DNA of 64,000 nucleotides from Nitrosomonas sp. (GTDB taxonomy: Bacteria > Pseudomonadota > Gammaproteobacteria > Burkholderiales > Nitrosomonadaceae). This document shows positions 10,700 through 20,250 of this stretch, one piece after another. Positions within the stretch are counted from its first letter, which is position 1; each line of letters starts with the position of its first letter. Position numbers and translations under genes: made by a program. The stretch covers positions 30,833 through 94,832 of the forward strand of contig NZ_JAKFWH010000062.1 in the NCBI RefSeq assembly GCF_021731985.1, given 5' to 3'. The notes below the pieces were generated by a model. It was not told where the DNA came from and did not search any database. It saw only the letters and a list, made by a program, of their open reading frames with translations.

Positions 10700-11614
10700 A
10701 TGCCAAAAATAGTAGCCGTAACAGGTGCTACTGGGTTCATTGGCAATGTGCTGGTGCAGAAGCTGGTTCAAGATGGATGGACAGTTCGTGCGCTCACACG
10801 GTTACATCGCTCATCCGATAGTGAGTCTATTCAATGGATTCAAGGTGATTTAGATAATTTAACTGCGCTACATCATTTGGTTAATGATGTAGCGTTTGTT
10901 ATTCATTGTGCTGCAACAGTAAGAGGAAGCTCTTTTCAAGAGTTCGCTCATACGAATGTCGAAGGTACAAAAAATATTTTATGTGCCATTGCTAGGCAAA
11001 AACAGTCTCCTCGTTTCTTGTTAATATCGTCCTTGGCAGCAAGGCAACCTGGATTATCATGGTATACTCGAAGTAAGTATTTGTCTGAGATTCAGGTAAT
11101 TGAATATTCAGAACAATTACAATGGACTATCCTCAGACCTACGGCTGTTTATGGTCCGGGAGACAAAGAACTAAAACCCCTCTTTCAAGCGATGTACCGC
11201 GGTTTGCTTCCCGTCGTCGGAAAAATTCATAATCGATTTGGATTAATACATGTATATGATCTGGTTGCAGCTATTCAGATTTGGTTAGCTTCCAGTCTAT
11301 CGGTTAATGGAGTATTTGAGCTTGATGATGGGACGTCAGGCGGGTACAGCTATCAAAGTTTGGCAGTCCTAGCGCAGCAGGTGTGGAAGCGTCCTGTACA
11401 TTGCATTCCTATACCGGATTTGCTTATCCAGGGTATCGCAATATCAAATCTATGGCTTGCGCGGTTGCTTCACTATTCCCCCATGCTGACTCCAGGAAAA
11501 GTTAATGAGTTACAACATAGCGACTGGGTATGTGATAATGCGCCATTAATCCACGCACTTCCAGCGTGGCAACCGAGTATCCGTTTACAAGACGTTTTAT
11601 CTGAAGTAATCTAG
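10700..11614 (+). CDS. NAD-dependent epimerase/reductase (candidate ceramide reductase, CerR-like)
   Basis: GATGFIG Rossmann motif, YTRSK (YxxxK), RPTAVYGPGD; lies between the acyl ligase and ACP/SPT. Confidence 0.75.
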   Translation: MPKIVAVTGATGFIGNVLVQKLVQDGWTVRALTRLHRSSDSESIQWIQGDLDNLTALHHLVNDVAFVIHCAATVRGSSFQEFAHTNVEGTKNILCAIARQKQSPRFLLISSLAARQPGLSWYTRSKYLSEIQVIEYSEQLQWTILRPTAVYGPGDKELKPLFQAMYRGLLPVVGKIHNRFGLIHVYDLVAAIQIWLASSLSVNGVFELDDGTSGGYSYQSLAVLAQQVWKRPVHCIPIPDLLIQGIAISNLWLARLLHYSPMLTPGKVNELQHSDWVCDNAPLIHALPAWQPSIRLQDVLSEVI

Positions 11615-11644
11615 CTTCAAAATTTAACTATTCTGAATTAACCT

Positions 11645-11899
11645 ATGACTGAAAGTAATTACGATGAGATCATGCAATTACTCTGTGATCGACTAAGTGG
11701 TTTAACCAATTCTGATGCTCAGATTACTCCTGAAACGAACATGATTAGTCAGCTATCGATTGATTCTATTAAACTACTTAACCTGATTATGGAAATTGAA
11801 GACACTTTTGATGTTTCAATTCCTATTAATGCACTGACAGATATTCACACCGTACGAGAATTGGCTGACTTAGTACATAAAATAAAATCTGCTTCATAA
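11645..11899 (+). CDS. Acyl carrier protein (SPT-associated)
   Basis: 84 aa, acidic, IDSIKLLNLIMEIEDTFDVSIP phosphopantetheine motif; its stop overlaps the spt start. Confidence 0.9.
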   Translation: MTESNYDEIMQLLCDRLSGLTNSDAQITPETNMISQLSIDSIKLLNLIMEIEDTFDVSIPINALTDIHTVRELADLVHKIKSAS

Positions 11900-13080
11900 T
11901 GAATTTACTTGAAAAATTAGATGCAGCAGCAGCTGCAAGAAAATCGCTTTTGCCAAATGGCGTGGGTGCTTTTGGTATTCCGATTGAAGAAATTTATTCG
12001 GCGACGGAAGCTAGAATTGGAGATCGACGTGTGCTGCTACTTGGCACTAACAATTATTTAGGCTTAACCTTTGCGCCGGAATGTATTCGTGCAGCGCATG
12101 AAGCAATTGACAAAGAAGGTACGGGTACCACAGGTTCTCGGATGGCAAATGGCAGTTATTTTGGTCACCGTGCCTTGGAAAGAGAATTCGCTGAATTTTA
12201 TCAATGTGGCTTTGGCATTGTCTTTACTACGGGTTATCAAGCTAATTTAGGTACTATTTCAGGTCTAGTAGGTCCTGGAGATACTGTATTGATTGATGGA
12301 GATTCCCATGCGAGTATCTATGATGGCTGCATCCTCAGTGGTGCAGATATCATTCGCTTTAAGCATAATGATATGGTTGACATGGAAAAACGATTGCGGC
12401 GACTGGGTGATCGTGTTGAGACAACATTAATTATTGCTGAGGGAATCTATAGCATGCTTGGTGATCAAGCACCGTTAGCTGAGATTGTTAAATTAAAGAA
12501 TGCTTATAATTGTATTTTGCTCCTTGATGAAGCACATTCATTGGGCGTATTGGGTGAGACTGGTCAGGGTCTCGTAGAAAAAACAGGTTTGTTAAAAGAA
12601 GTCGATTTTATTACCGGAACTTTTAGCAAAAGTCTTTGTAGTATCGGTGGATTTTGTGTGAGTAATCATCCACAGCTTGAGCAATTACGCTATATAAGTC
12701 ATCCCTATATTTTTACAGCATCGCCGTCCCCCGCAACGATCGCCTCAACGCGCGCGGCATTGGTTCTGCTAAGTAAAGGAAGTGATTTACGCATGCAATT
12801 GTGGAACAATTGTACTCAACTTTATTCACAGCTCAAGGAGACTGGCTATCTGCTAGGACCCGATCCAGGTCCGGTAATTGCCGCTATTCTTGATACGCCG
12901 CAACAGGCACTCCAGCTTTGGCAGAGCTTGCTCGAACATAATATTTATGTGAATTTGATTCTACCGCCCGCTGCACCGGAAGGTAAATCGCTTGTGCGAT
13001 GCAGTGTAAATGCCGCGCATACTCCAGAACAAATCAAATATGTTGGCGATACTTTTTCTAAGCTATACAACACGATATGA
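11899..13080 (+). CDS. spt: Serine palmitoyltransferase (alpha-oxoamine synthase family)
   Basis: LLGTNNYLGLTF, GTTGSRMANG, TGYQANLG, DSHASIYDG, DEAHS, PLP-lysine motif GTFSKS, YIFTAS. Resembles sphingomonad SPT more than BioF; ACP is adjacent. Confidence 0.85.
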   Translation: MNLLEKLDAAAAARKSLLPNGVGAFGIPIEEIYSATEARIGDRRVLLLGTNNYLGLTFAPECIRAAHEAIDKEGTGTTGSRMANGSYFGHRALEREFAEFYQCGFGIVFTTGYQANLGTISGLVGPGDTVLIDGDSHASIYDGCILSGADIIRFKHNDMVDMEKRLRRLGDRVETTLIIAEGIYSMLGDQAPLAEIVKLKNAYNCILLLDEAHSLGVLGETGQGLVEKTGLLKEVDFITGTFSKSLCSIGGFCVSNHPQLEQLRYISHPYIFTASPSPATIASTRAALVLLSKGSDLRMQLWNNCTQLYSQLKETGYLLGPDPGPVIAAILDTPQQALQLWQSLLEHNIYVNLILPPAAPEGKSLVRCSVNAAHTPEQIKYVGDTFSKLYNTI

Positions 13081-13243
13081 TCGGATCCGTAAATTCATAG
13101 TACGTAAAATGAGTATCTACATTTGTATTTTTTGTTTGCGAGTACAGAGAGTTCATCAATAAAGAATATTTCTAATAAGAAATTCAGTTTTTTACTTTAT
13201 ATTTAGCCGAATCTGATTTAATTGCCTAAAATGAGGTGCCACA

Positions 13244-13894
13244 ATGAAAATAATGCAGGCATTGGTATTAACATTATTTTCTTTCTTATTACAAAGTAAT
13301 GTTTTTGGAATAAGTATTGTATACAACGGGTTTGAATGCCTAAACGCTATAGATACCAATGACCCAACGCCCAAAGGTACACCGGTACAGAGCAAATTTG
13401 AAGTCATACAAGATGCCGGGGATGGTCTCTATCGTTTAAGCTTAACTGGCGGTATTCCTCGCTTTATTAATAATAATCGTGATGTGTGCATCGATAATGC
13501 GACTGCGATCGGATATTCAGGAATTCCGTCAGTAGATGGTTTGCCGCAGCCTCTCGAATCCATTAATGCAACCGCCTATTTTAACGGGCAGGAGCTGATG
13601 ATTGTTGTCAGCTCCTTGTATACGGATTTAAGTGCCAGAAGGAATCCATTTTCATCATTTAATACAAGCATTATCTTTGCTTTCACTAATACACTCATAT
13701 TTGAGTTTAATCCGCGAGCATCTTCATTCAGCTTGAAGAAAGTGATCCGCAACCGGGGGTTCACTAATACCAGCGGATCGACGAATTCAATAACACCATT
13801 TTTTGAAACAATCTTGCCATCTTTCAACGACGAGGTGCAAGACAAACCAAAAATTTTGACACCGATAGCTAATATCGAATTTTTATTGGATTAA
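13244..13894 (+). CDS. Hypothetical secreted protein
   Basis: 216-aa ORF with signal-peptide-like N-terminus (MKIMQALVLTLFSFLLQSNVFG) and two Cys; no recognised motif. Confidence 0.65.
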   Translation: MKIMQALVLTLFSFLLQSNVFGISIVYNGFECLNAIDTNDPTPKGTPVQSKFEVIQDAGDGLYRLSLTGGIPRFINNNRDVCIDNATAIGYSGIPSVDGLPQPLESINATAYFNGQELMIVVSSLYTDLSARRNPFSSFNTSIIFAFTNTLIFEFNPRASSFSLKKVIRNRGFTNTSGSTNSITPFFETILPSFNDEVQDKPKILTPIANIEFLLD

Positions 13895-13920
13895 TCGACG
13901 CACATTTTGTGTAAAGCCAA

Positions 13921-16107
13921 TTACCGGTCTGTTAATGTAATAAGCGAGTTGGTATTATATGGCGTAGCACTACCAATATGTGCTGAGGTATAGCCAGCTG
14001 CAGAAAGCGCATGAAGACAGTCATCAATACGCTCGGCGGGTATTCCGGCTAGTAATCCCCCCGCAGTTTGTGGATCGAAAAGTAGAGTATAGCTTGGGTG
14101 TTGTCCAGCATAGTATTGGCATTGGCTGGCTTGTTTATTCGCGGCATAGAGTGTGCTTTGAATGCCTTGCAGACTACACTGTTGCGCGCCTTCCATGACT
14201 GGAATGGCATTCATTGATAGGGAGGCGCTGCATCGAGAGGCTAGTAGCATCTCCTGCAAGTGTCCGAGTAGACCAAATCCGGTTACATCAGTACAGCTGT
14301 GCGCTGTATATGAACGTAAGATGGTTGCCGCGGCTCGATTACTTTGCAACATATAGGCCAATGCCTGATCGAGCCATAACCCTTGGCAGCGTGCAGCCAT
14401 GTTAGCTGCGAGTAAAATACCGCTGCCGATAGGCTTGGTAAGAATTAAACTATCACCGGGTGTTAGTCCAGATTTTGTCAGGGCTTTGCTTGATGGGAGT
14501 ATTCCGTTAACAGTTAGCCCGATAGCCATTTCGGGTCCTTCGCCGCTGTGTCCGCCAATCAGCGCAGTATTTTCATCGTTCAAGGTTTTTAATACACCTC
14601 GCATTAAATGCAATAATGTTTCCTGCATAATGGGTTCGCTGCTATAAGGGATAACTGCAGTCACCAATGCAGAATGGGGTATTCCACCCATTGCATAAAT
14701 ATCTCCTAAGCTATGAATTGCAGCGATACGGCCCATCAAATACGGGTCATCGATAAAGCTTCTAAAGAAATCAACAGACTGTAGCCATTTAGTATTAGCT
14801 GGCAGGTTAATAATCGCGGCATCATCCCCTGGCCCACTGGTGACATCCGGATGAGGTTGAATATCCAGCTGAGACAAAACATTCCGTAATATATTGCTGC
14901 TAACTTTTGCGCCACAACCGCCGCATCGCATAGACTCGTTGGCATCGCTCGAGTTACCGGTGTTAACCATCGGTTGCGGATTGAAGCGTGCCATGAATGT
15001 GCGATCAATGTGATTCTTCCAAACCCAAACCCACTTTCCACGCGCAAATAATGCACCCCGAGAAGCGACAGCGTAGCATTCTCCTGTCGTTAATAAACTT
15101 AAAAAGCGCCGTTGCGGTTTAAAAGGCAAAAGCTGTCGATTTTCGAGCTGAGCGACGATATTTTTTGCCAGGATCGGGCCTTGGCGGACAGCATAAACGC
15201 CGGCCTTGGGTAATGGTGCAGGCATGAAAGCGGCGCTATCGCCAGCAGCAAATATATCCGGATGCGAAATACTGCGAAGGTACTGATCAATCTGAATGAA
15301 GCCCCGGCCGTCGCACTTAAGCCCGCTTTCTGCTAACCAAGGTTGCGCACCAGCATGTATAGCCCATGCAGAAAAATCGTAATTCAGCGTTGTATTATCA
15401 TTTAACATCAATTGGTGTTCGGTAACGGAAACGACATGCTTTCCGCAGATAATGCTAATACCTAGCATTTGCAAGTGATGTTTAAAAAATGCTTGCACGC
15501 GTTTATTGTGCGAACTGAGGATATGTTGATCAGCGCAAATCAAAGTAAAGCCTGCATGAATAGAAGTTGTATTGCAGAGCTTATAGTGCATAGCCAGCAG
15601 TATTTCTACACCGGCAGCCCCGCCCCCGATTACGACGATTCGCTTTGGTTGACGGGATGCTTGAGCTGATTCGAGCCATTGGTGCCAATTCTGCAGAAAT
15701 TGTTTGATCGGTTTAATGGGGTGGCCATGTACCGTGGCGTTTTTAATTTCATTGAGTGCGGGTTGGGAACCAACATTGATAGACAATAAATCGTATCGCA
15801 AGGATGGGTATTGATGGCAGTATATTTGCCTTGCGATTGGATCAATGCGCTGAACTTCGCTGCAAACAAACTGCACGCCAGCCCATTGACACAGTTTCCG
15901 TAAATCAATGTGACAATCTTCAAAGGTATAATGCCCAGCAATTAGTCCAGGCAACATACCTGAATAAGATGTGAGTGTATTATTGCTGATGAGCGTGGCT
16001 CTGAGACCAGGGATCGGGTGCATTCCCAATTTTTTGATAACGGCGATATGGCTGTGGCCACCGCCAATTAAGCGTAAATCTTCTTTATGTGGCGTTAAAC
16101 CTATCAT
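13921..16107 (-). CDS. selD: Selenide,water dikinase fused to an N-terminal FAD-dependent pyridine nucleotide-disulfide oxidoreductase domain
   Basis: N-half: IGGGHSH, YSGMLPG, IGGGAAGVE, IFAAGD, KAGVYAVRQG. C-half: CGGCGAKV, DDAA, QSVDFF, DIYAMGG, TDVTGFGLLGHL, DPQTAGGLL. Confidence 0.92.
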   Translation of the reverse strand: MIGLTPHKEDLRLIGGGHSHIAVIKKLGMHPIPGLRATLISNNTLTSYSGMLPGLIAGHYTFEDCHIDLRKLCQWAGVQFVCSEVQRIDPIARQIYCHQYPSLRYDLLSINVGSQPALNEIKNATVHGHPIKPIKQFLQNWHQWLESAQASRQPKRIVVIGGGAAGVEILLAMHYKLCNTTSIHAGFTLICADQHILSSHNKRVQAFFKHHLQMLGISIICGKHVVSVTEHQLMLNDNTTLNYDFSAWAIHAGAQPWLAESGLKCDGRGFIQIDQYLRSISHPDIFAAGDSAAFMPAPLPKAGVYAVRQGPILAKNIVAQLENRQLLPFKPQRRFLSLLTTGECYAVASRGALFARGKWVWVWKNHIDRTFMARFNPQPMVNTGNSSDANESMRCGGCGAKVSSNILRNVLSQLDIQPHPDVTSGPGDDAAIINLPANTKWLQSVDFFRSFIDDPYLMGRIAAIHSLGDIYAMGGIPHSALVTAVIPYSSEPIMQETLLHLMRGVLKTLNDENTALIGGHSGEGPEMAIGLTVNGILPSSKALTKSGLTPGDSLILTKPIGSGILLAANMAARCQGLWLDQALAYMLQSNRAAATILRSYTAHSCTDVTGFGLLGHLQEMLLASRCSASLSMNAIPVMEGAQQCSLQGIQSTLYAANKQASQCQYYAGQHPSYTLLFDPQTAGGLLAGIPAERIDDCLHALSAAGYTSAHIGSATPYNTNSLITLTDR

Positions 16108-16329
16108 TAATTAACTTATTCAGATTGCGTTATGGTCGGAAAAATGTGATAGTTCACATCGCAACATTATAAGTTAGTCCATGACACTATAAATAAAATT
16201 AAAAGTATTTCTATAGTTTTGAGGGCTAATTGAGTAAGGACAATGGAGTTAATTAAATTTGTCGTTAAAGTGTGCTTTGTGCATATTGACGACTGCTTAC
16301 AAATTCATCTTTTATTTAGGAGGGTAGCA

Positions 16330-16839
16330 ATGAAATCTAGTAGAATCAGAACATTAAAAGCTTGTGCCGTTCTGTTATTATCGGTGGGGCTGTTATTCGG
16401 GTGTAAACCGATTTTTGAGAAAAAACCACTTCCTCCTAAGGATGGCGCCGCTGCACCTGCTGCCGCACCAGCTGCACCTGCTGCCGCCACACCAGCGCCA
16501 GTTGCGCCAGCTGCCACACCAACACCAGCTGCGCCGCCTGCTGAGCCAGTAACTAGCCTTGAGGAAGTAAAAAGTATTGAGAGTCTTGGATCTGGCTCAG
16601 CGGCAGCACCAGCACCAGCATCAGAAATTGATGATGGGAACGATGTTGTAACAGTAACGCCTGCGATAATGCGTAAAGTTCAACAGGCTCTGGTAAATGC
16701 TGGGTTTAATCCTGGTCCGGTTGATGGTGTCAGTGGCGCTAAAACAGTGAGTGCAATCGAAAGCTTCCAGAAACAAAATGGCATTCCAGCAGGTAAAATT
16801 ACCAAGAAAACACTCCGTGCATTAGGTGTTGACTTCTAA
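16330..16839 (+). CDS. Lipoprotein with Pro/Ala linker and C-terminal peptidoglycan-binding domain
   Basis: ATG at 16330 after AGGAGG; lipobox LLFGC; PAAAPAAPAAA linker; VQQALVNAGFNPGPVDG...AIESFQKQNGIP PG-binding helices. Confidence 0.85.
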   Translation: MKSSRIRTLKACAVLLLSVGLLFGCKPIFEKKPLPPKDGAAAPAAAPAAPAAATPAPVAPAATPTPAAPPAEPVTSLEEVKSIESLGSGSAAAPAPASEIDDGNDVVTVTPAIMRKVQQALVNAGFNPGPVDGVSGAKTVSAIESFQKQNGIPAGKITKKTLRALGVDF

Positions 16840-16864
16840 AGAATAAAGAACAGCTTTATTTTTT

Positions 16865-16902
16865 AATGCACCAGGGGTCTTCGGCTCTTGGTGTATTTTT
16901 AT
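16865..16902 (+). terminator. Intrinsic terminator
   Basis: 13-bp stem AATGCACCAGGGG/CTCTTGGTGTATT (with G-U pairs), loop TCTTCGG, T-tract, just after the stop at 16839. Confidence 0.75.
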
Positions 16903-17297
16903 TGATACATACGAAATCTCTAATGAGTAGGGTATTTACTTGATTTGCGATACTGATGTTGATTGTTCAATTTCTTTAGCTGATATAAAAATATTTGCCA
17001 TAGGAAGAGTCCTGTTCTATAGTTAATTATAAGAATTGGAATTAAAGCTTCTTCAGGTAATTATAGATTTATAGATCTGAACGTATCGTATCCATTTGTT
17101 GCGAATCTTTACCATAGCGTTTAAATTCCTCAGCATAAGATGAGCCTTGCGTAACAGAACCGACTGATTGCGTACTTAGTAATGTTTCCCAGATTAAATT
17201 TTAGTTAATTAATTTTAACGAACTTTGTTTTATTTTTTATTATGCTAAGTAATATTCGTCCTTAACTTGTTTTTGAAGTATTTTTGGAGGTTTTTTC

Positions 17298-18416
17298 ATG
17301 GGAGTTCCTTTGCGTCAACAGATTGCGGTTGGCAGTTATCTAATCAAGCAAAAATTAAAAGGGGTTAAGAAATATCCACTGGTATTGATGTTGGAGCCAT
17401 TGTTTCGCTGTAATCTGGCTTGTGCTGGATGTGGAAAAATTGCTCACCCAGAAGATGTTCTTGATCAGCGGCTTTCTTACGAAGAATGTATGCAGGCAGT
17501 GGATGAATGTGGCGCGCCGATGGTTTCAATTCCAGGTGGTGAGCCATTGATACACAAAGAAATGCCCCAAATTGTTGCAGGCATAATCAAACGGAAGAAA
17601 TATGTTTACTTATGTACAAATGCACTATTGTTAAAGAAAAAGATAGATGACTATACGCCATCACCTTATTTAACATTTTCGATCCATTTGGATGGGATGA
17701 AAGAACGGCATGATGCTTCAGTTTGTCAGGATGGTGTTTTTGATCGCGCGGTTGAGGCGATAAAGCTGGCATTAGAGAAGGGATTCAGGGTCACAGTAAA
17801 CTGTACGCTGTTTCAAGGTGAAACGCCTCAGGATGTGGCTGAATTCCTGGATTATGCGATGGAATTGGGTGTTGAAGCAGCAACGATCGCGCCAGGATTC
17901 AGCTATGAGAAAGCGCCTCAACAAGATGTTTTTATAAAAAGCCAGGATACAAAGGTATTGTTTCGTGGTATTTTTGAATTAGGCAAAAAGCTGAAGCGAA
18001 AATGGAGACTGAATCACTCGGCACTTTATTTGGATTACCTGGCAGGAAACCAGAATTATAAATGTACGCCATGGGGTAACCCGACACGCAATGTGTTTGG
18101 ATGGCAGAAACCTTGTTACTTGCTGTCGGATGAAGGCTATGCAAAGACTTTCAAGGAACTGCTTGATGATACGCCGTGGGAAAAATACGGTACTGTAAAT
18201 AATCCAAAATGTGCCCAATGTATGGCGCATTGCGGCTATGAAGCTACAGCTGTTGAAGACACGCTTCAGCGTCCATGGAAAGCACTGGTTGCATCACTGA
18301 GAGGGCCAAGAACGACAGGCCCTATGGTAGCTGAATCCACACCAAAATGGACAAACGAAGAAAATAAAATACCCAAGAAACTTTCCGATATACCGGTGAC
18401 ATTGATTAACAAATAA
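17298..18416 (+). CDS. hpnH: Adenosyl-hopene transferase (radical SAM)
   Basis: LMLEPLFRCNLACAGCGK (CxxxCxxC), CTPWGNPTRNVFGWQKPCYLL, CAQCMAHCGYE. Confidence 0.95.
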   Translation: MGVPLRQQIAVGSYLIKQKLKGVKKYPLVLMLEPLFRCNLACAGCGKIAHPEDVLDQRLSYEECMQAVDECGAPMVSIPGGEPLIHKEMPQIVAGIIKRKKYVYLCTNALLLKKKIDDYTPSPYLTFSIHLDGMKERHDASVCQDGVFDRAVEAIKLALEKGFRVTVNCTLFQGETPQDVAEFLDYAMELGVEAATIAPGFSYEKAPQQDVFIKSQDTKVLFRGIFELGKKLKRKWRLNHSALYLDYLAGNQNYKCTPWGNPTRNVFGWQKPCYLLSDEGYAKTFKELLDDTPWEKYGTVNNPKCAQCMAHCGYEATAVEDTLQRPWKALVASLRGPRTTGPMVAESTPKWTNEENKIPKKLSDIPVTLINK

Positions 18417-18468
18417 ACGGATATCAGGTATCGATGTTGGTTTATAAAATCTGCCACAAGTAAGAATA

Positions 18469-19599
18469 ATGGTGGAATTGGTATTGTATTTGTCGGTATT
18501 TGGTGCTGTATGCTGGTGCTCATTAATATTGTTACCGTGGCGCCCCTGGAGTGTCCGTGAGAAAATTGAAACGCAAGGCGTTATAGATTCCCATGGAACA
18601 CTGAGTGATATTACCGTATTAATTCCAGCCCGTAATGAGGGTCCGTATATCCGGCATACGCTCGATGGCGTGAGAGCACAGAGCGAGGATGTGCATATTA
18701 TTGTGATCGATGATCAATCGATGGATGACACTGCTGAACAAGCTAAGCGTTGTGGTGCGCTGGTGCTATCCGGCACAGCGCCACCTGCGGGTTGGAGCGG
18801 AAAATTATGGGCGCTTGAACAGGGATTGCGTGAGGTTAGAACGCCCTATACATTATTGCTGGATGCCGATATTGAGTTGGATCCCGGGATTGTTATTGAA
18901 TTACGGCAAAAAGCGCGCAATGAAAATCTTGCGCTGGTATCATTGATGGCTGAACCCCCTATGAAAAATTTCATAGAACGTTTACTGATGCCTGCTTTTA
19001 TATTCTTCTTTAAGTTGTTGTATCCTTTTGGGCTAGCAAATAAGCCGGTATCACGGGTTGCTGCGGCTGCAGGCGGGTGTATTCTAGTAAAAACACAAGC
19101 ATTGCGTTCAGTTGGCGCTTTTGCCAATTTGCACAATGCGCTGATTGACGATTGTACTTTGGCAACGCACATCAAACGTTCAGGTTTGCGTACTTTTATT
19201 GGACTGAGTCGTGCGGCTCGTAGTCATCGTGGTTATCAAGACTTAAAGCCGATTTGGGAAATGGTGGCTCGTACTGCTTTTACCCAATTAAGATACTCAT
19301 TTATTTTACTTGTCAGCTGCACATTGATTATGACTTCCATGTTTTTGGCAGCACCACTAGCATTTCTGCTGTTACCTGCTCAGGAAGCATATATAGTAAG
19401 TACGCTAGCATGGATGGTTATGTTTATTACCTATATGCCAACTTTAATTTATTATCAGCGTTCTCCACTTTGGAGTCTAGCACTGCCCGTAATTGGTACG
19501 TTGTACCTTGGCATGACTTGGACATCAGCACTGCGGTACTGGCGTGGGGAACGCGCTTGTTGGAAAGACCGGCGCTATGAAAGTAATACGAACAATTAA
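18469..19599 (+). CDS. hpnB: Hopene-associated glycosyltransferase (GT2)
   Basis: IPARNE, WSGKLWAL, LLDADI, AAAGGCILV, LIDDCTLA, MVARTAFTQLRYS; located in an hpn cluster. Confidence 0.85.
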   Translation: MVELVLYLSVFGAVCWCSLILLPWRPWSVREKIETQGVIDSHGTLSDITVLIPARNEGPYIRHTLDGVRAQSEDVHIIVIDDQSMDDTAEQAKRCGALVLSGTAPPAGWSGKLWALEQGLREVRTPYTLLLDADIELDPGIVIELRQKARNENLALVSLMAEPPMKNFIERLLMPAFIFFFKLLYPFGLANKPVSRVAAAAGGCILVKTQALRSVGAFANLHNALIDDCTLATHIKRSGLRTFIGLSRAARSHRGYQDLKPIWEMVARTAFTQLRYSFILLVSCTLIMTSMFLAAPLAFLLLPAQEAYIVSTLAWMVMFITYMPTLIYYQRSPLWSLALPVIGTLYLGMTWTSALRYWRGERACWKDRRYESNTNN

Positions 19600-20209
19600 A
19601 CTGATTGGGTGGTGCCTGATATTGGTGATGCTGTTACCAATTTCTGTTGCGTTGAGTACACCCAATTCAGAACCTGAGAACCCAGAGCAGGTTATAGAAA
19701 AATTACAATCTTCCTTGCTGCAGGTTATGCGCGAGGGTGATAAATTGGGTTACGAAGGGCGATTCAAATTCCTGGAACCGATTATTGATGAGTCTCATGA
19801 TCTTAATCTGATTATCAAAACAATATTGGGTGCAACATACTGGTCGCAGTTGGACAAAGAACAACAAGATTTGATCGCTGAGACATTTCGCAAGCTCAGT
19901 ATTGCTACCTATGCTGGGCGGTTTAATCAGTATGAGGGAGAGCAGTTCCAGATTGTAGAGCAGCGTGCTTTGCCGCGCGAACAAGTATTGGTGCGTAGCC
20001 GGTTAACTAAATCGGATGGCGGTACAGTAAATTTTGATTATGTATTACACCAAACAGACGAGCGTTGGCGTATTGCCAATATCCTGTTTGATGGTGTGAG
20101 TGATCTCGCAATAAAACGTGGAGAGTATCGCGCTATTTTGCAACGGGATGGTTTCCAGGCATTGATTGATATGATTAAGGAAAAAATTGTTCTGACTCAG
20201 CAGAATTAA
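19577..20209 (+). CDS. hpnM: Hopanoid-associated MlaC/Ttg2D-family periplasmic protein
   Basis: Signal peptide, YAGRFNQYEGEQF, WRIANILFDGVSDLAIKRGEY; lies between hpnB and hpnN. Confidence 0.85.
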   Translation: MKVIRTIKLIGWCLILVMLLPISVALSTPNSEPENPEQVIEKLQSSLLQVMREGDKLGYEGRFKFLEPIIDESHDLNLIIKTILGATYWSQLDKEQQDLIAETFRKLSIATYAGRFNQYEGEQFQIVEQRALPREQVLVRSRLTKSDGGTVNFDYVLHQTDERWRIANILFDGVSDLAIKRGEYRAILQRDGFQALIDMIKEKIVLTQQN

Positions 20210-20250
20210 TCATTCGATGATTTCATTTTTTTCTGAAGGTTTTCTTATAC

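Noticed and set aside
11899-13080. BioF (AONS) call
   Set aside because: Motifs and the ACP/acyl-ligase/reductase context fit SPT better, and no bio genes are nearby; a phylogeny is still needed.
13921-16107. Selenocysteine (UGA) recoding in selD or mnmH
   Set aside because: Both frames are open, with Cys at the catalytic motifs and no in-frame TGA.
16144-16159. CRP-like site ATGTGA-TAGT-TCACAT
   Set aside because: The spacer is 4 bp, not the 6 bp that CRP needs; it may be another operator but this is unsupported.
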